Below, one piece after another: positions 62,884 through 64,000 of a stretch of DNA of 64,000 bases. The notes under the pieces were generated by a model. It made no database searches. It saw only the letters and a program-made list of their open reading frames with translations, and was not told the origin of the DNA. The stretch covers positions 9,969,190 through 10,033,189 of the forward strand of contig NC_085846.1 of assembly GCF_035594765.1 (NCBI RefSeq), in the 5' to 3' direction. Position numbers and translations under genes: made by a program. Within the stretch, counting starts at the first letter, position 1. Every line of letters starts with the position of its first letter. The stretch is from Anolis carolinensis (Eukaryota).

Positions 62884-64000
62884 GCTTGAATCTTATCAGT
62901 AGTCCTAATAAAAGTTGGTCAATTGAATCATGGAACTGGAAGGGACCACAAGGGCCATCCAGTAGAATCCCCTGTCATACAGGAATACACAGTCTATACA
63001 CTCCTGACAGATAGCCATTCAGCCTCTGCTTAAAAACCTCAAGAAAAGGACACTCCATCACACTCCAAGGCAGCATATTCCACAGTCGAACAGCTCTTAC
63101 TGTCAAGAAGTTCTTGCTAAATCAGTTTGTTAAATCAATTGATGAATGATGAGTCACTGCTTATGTTAAGCCCATAGACAATGCATTGTGTCCAATTGGG
63201 ACCACCAGCCAAACTCAGGCTGAGCAGCACAGTGAGGACAAAGGGCTACCTAAGAAATGCTACAAGAAGCCGCAGGAGTGAATTGTTAAAGAAGTAACTT
63301 GCCAGGCTCTGCTACAGCTGCTGCAGATAGTGGCCATGAAAATAGTTGCTGTTGTTCCAACTGTTGTAGTAAGTGCCTTGGCCACAGCTACTGTCATTGT
63401 ATCTCTGTAGCTGGAAGGTGTGTCCCATCAGCCTGCCAGGAACCAAGCCCTCTGCAGCAGTTTTCTGGAAAAGCCCATGACGGAAGGACAACAACGCCAG
63501 TGATGTGGATGACCGCCACTGACCCCCCCCTTCCCATCTCGGCACCGATTGACAAGGGGTCTATTGTTATCCTCTGAACCTGCTCAGCCAGAACTGTCAG
63601 CGAGGACACACACAAGGCGCTTCATCCCAAAGGCTGGATGATATGGGTGAAGTGGGGGACTCTGGCACATTGTCTCATGGAGGAAGAAGGGACCCCAAAT
63701 TGACCTTTTCACTAGCAAGGAGGGTGGGGAGCATAGGGGCAAATCACTTCCTTCTCAAACCTGAACATGTCTGTTGCGTGTCATTGGACTTTATCACACG
63801 AGTTAGTCAAACCAGCATTGACGTTGGACTATGGTGACAGTTTCTATTGCACAACACTGCTACTGGTTTGCTTCTTTCCCAAAATTAACCCATCCTGTGC
63901 TACTGATAAGCAAAACCCTTCAATCTTCCCATTGCTTTCCTTGTGCAATGAGTCCTGTGCAATGTGTTTCTATGTCAGCATGCCAGTAGGATTTTCCTCC

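Noticed and set aside
45500-64000. Exons of the expected syntenic neighbour (CLDN15 lies next to FIS1 in mammals) and HNF1/HNF4-like motifs at ~49700, ~51160 and ~57715
   Set aside because: No claudin-like coding sequence recognised, and short motif matches are expected by chance without conservation data.
63200-64000. Possible decayed gag/zinc-knuckle sequence and a Cys-rich 92-aa ORF
   Set aside because: Too degenerate to support by eye.

Overview
Vertebrate genomic DNA from a squamate reptile, most likely an Anolis lizard, judged from Sauria SINEs, BovB, Vingi, Penelope-like elements and dense DNA-transposon MITEs. Three spliced genes were reconstructed by hand, with GT-AG boundaries and consistent phases. 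(1) On +, 5060-11428: a secreted, atypical C-type lectin-domain gene with a signal peptide, two tandem-duplicated charged/Asp-rich mini-exons, and a CTLD lacking the C2-C3 disulfide and Ca2+/sugar motifs. (2) On -, 19873-12084: an intact six-exon, 869-aa V2R/CaSR-like class C GPCR, the only one in the window. (3) On +, 23820-44023: FIS1 (152 aa, five exons) with an NRF1/ETS/CRE promoter. The rest is mostly transposons: a young 5'-truncated L1 with an open ORF2 in FIS1 intron 3, hAT, Tc1/mariner and PIF MITEs, two Helitrons, SINEs, and Penelope-derived palindromes carrying hammerhead-ribozyme cores. Structural oddities include a tRNA-iMet/Sauria-SINE chimera inside one target-site duplication, MITE-centred inverted duplications of flanking DNA, and multi-level nested insertions. 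No prokaryote-type system such as CRISPR is present. All calls are from reading by eye; no database searches were run.
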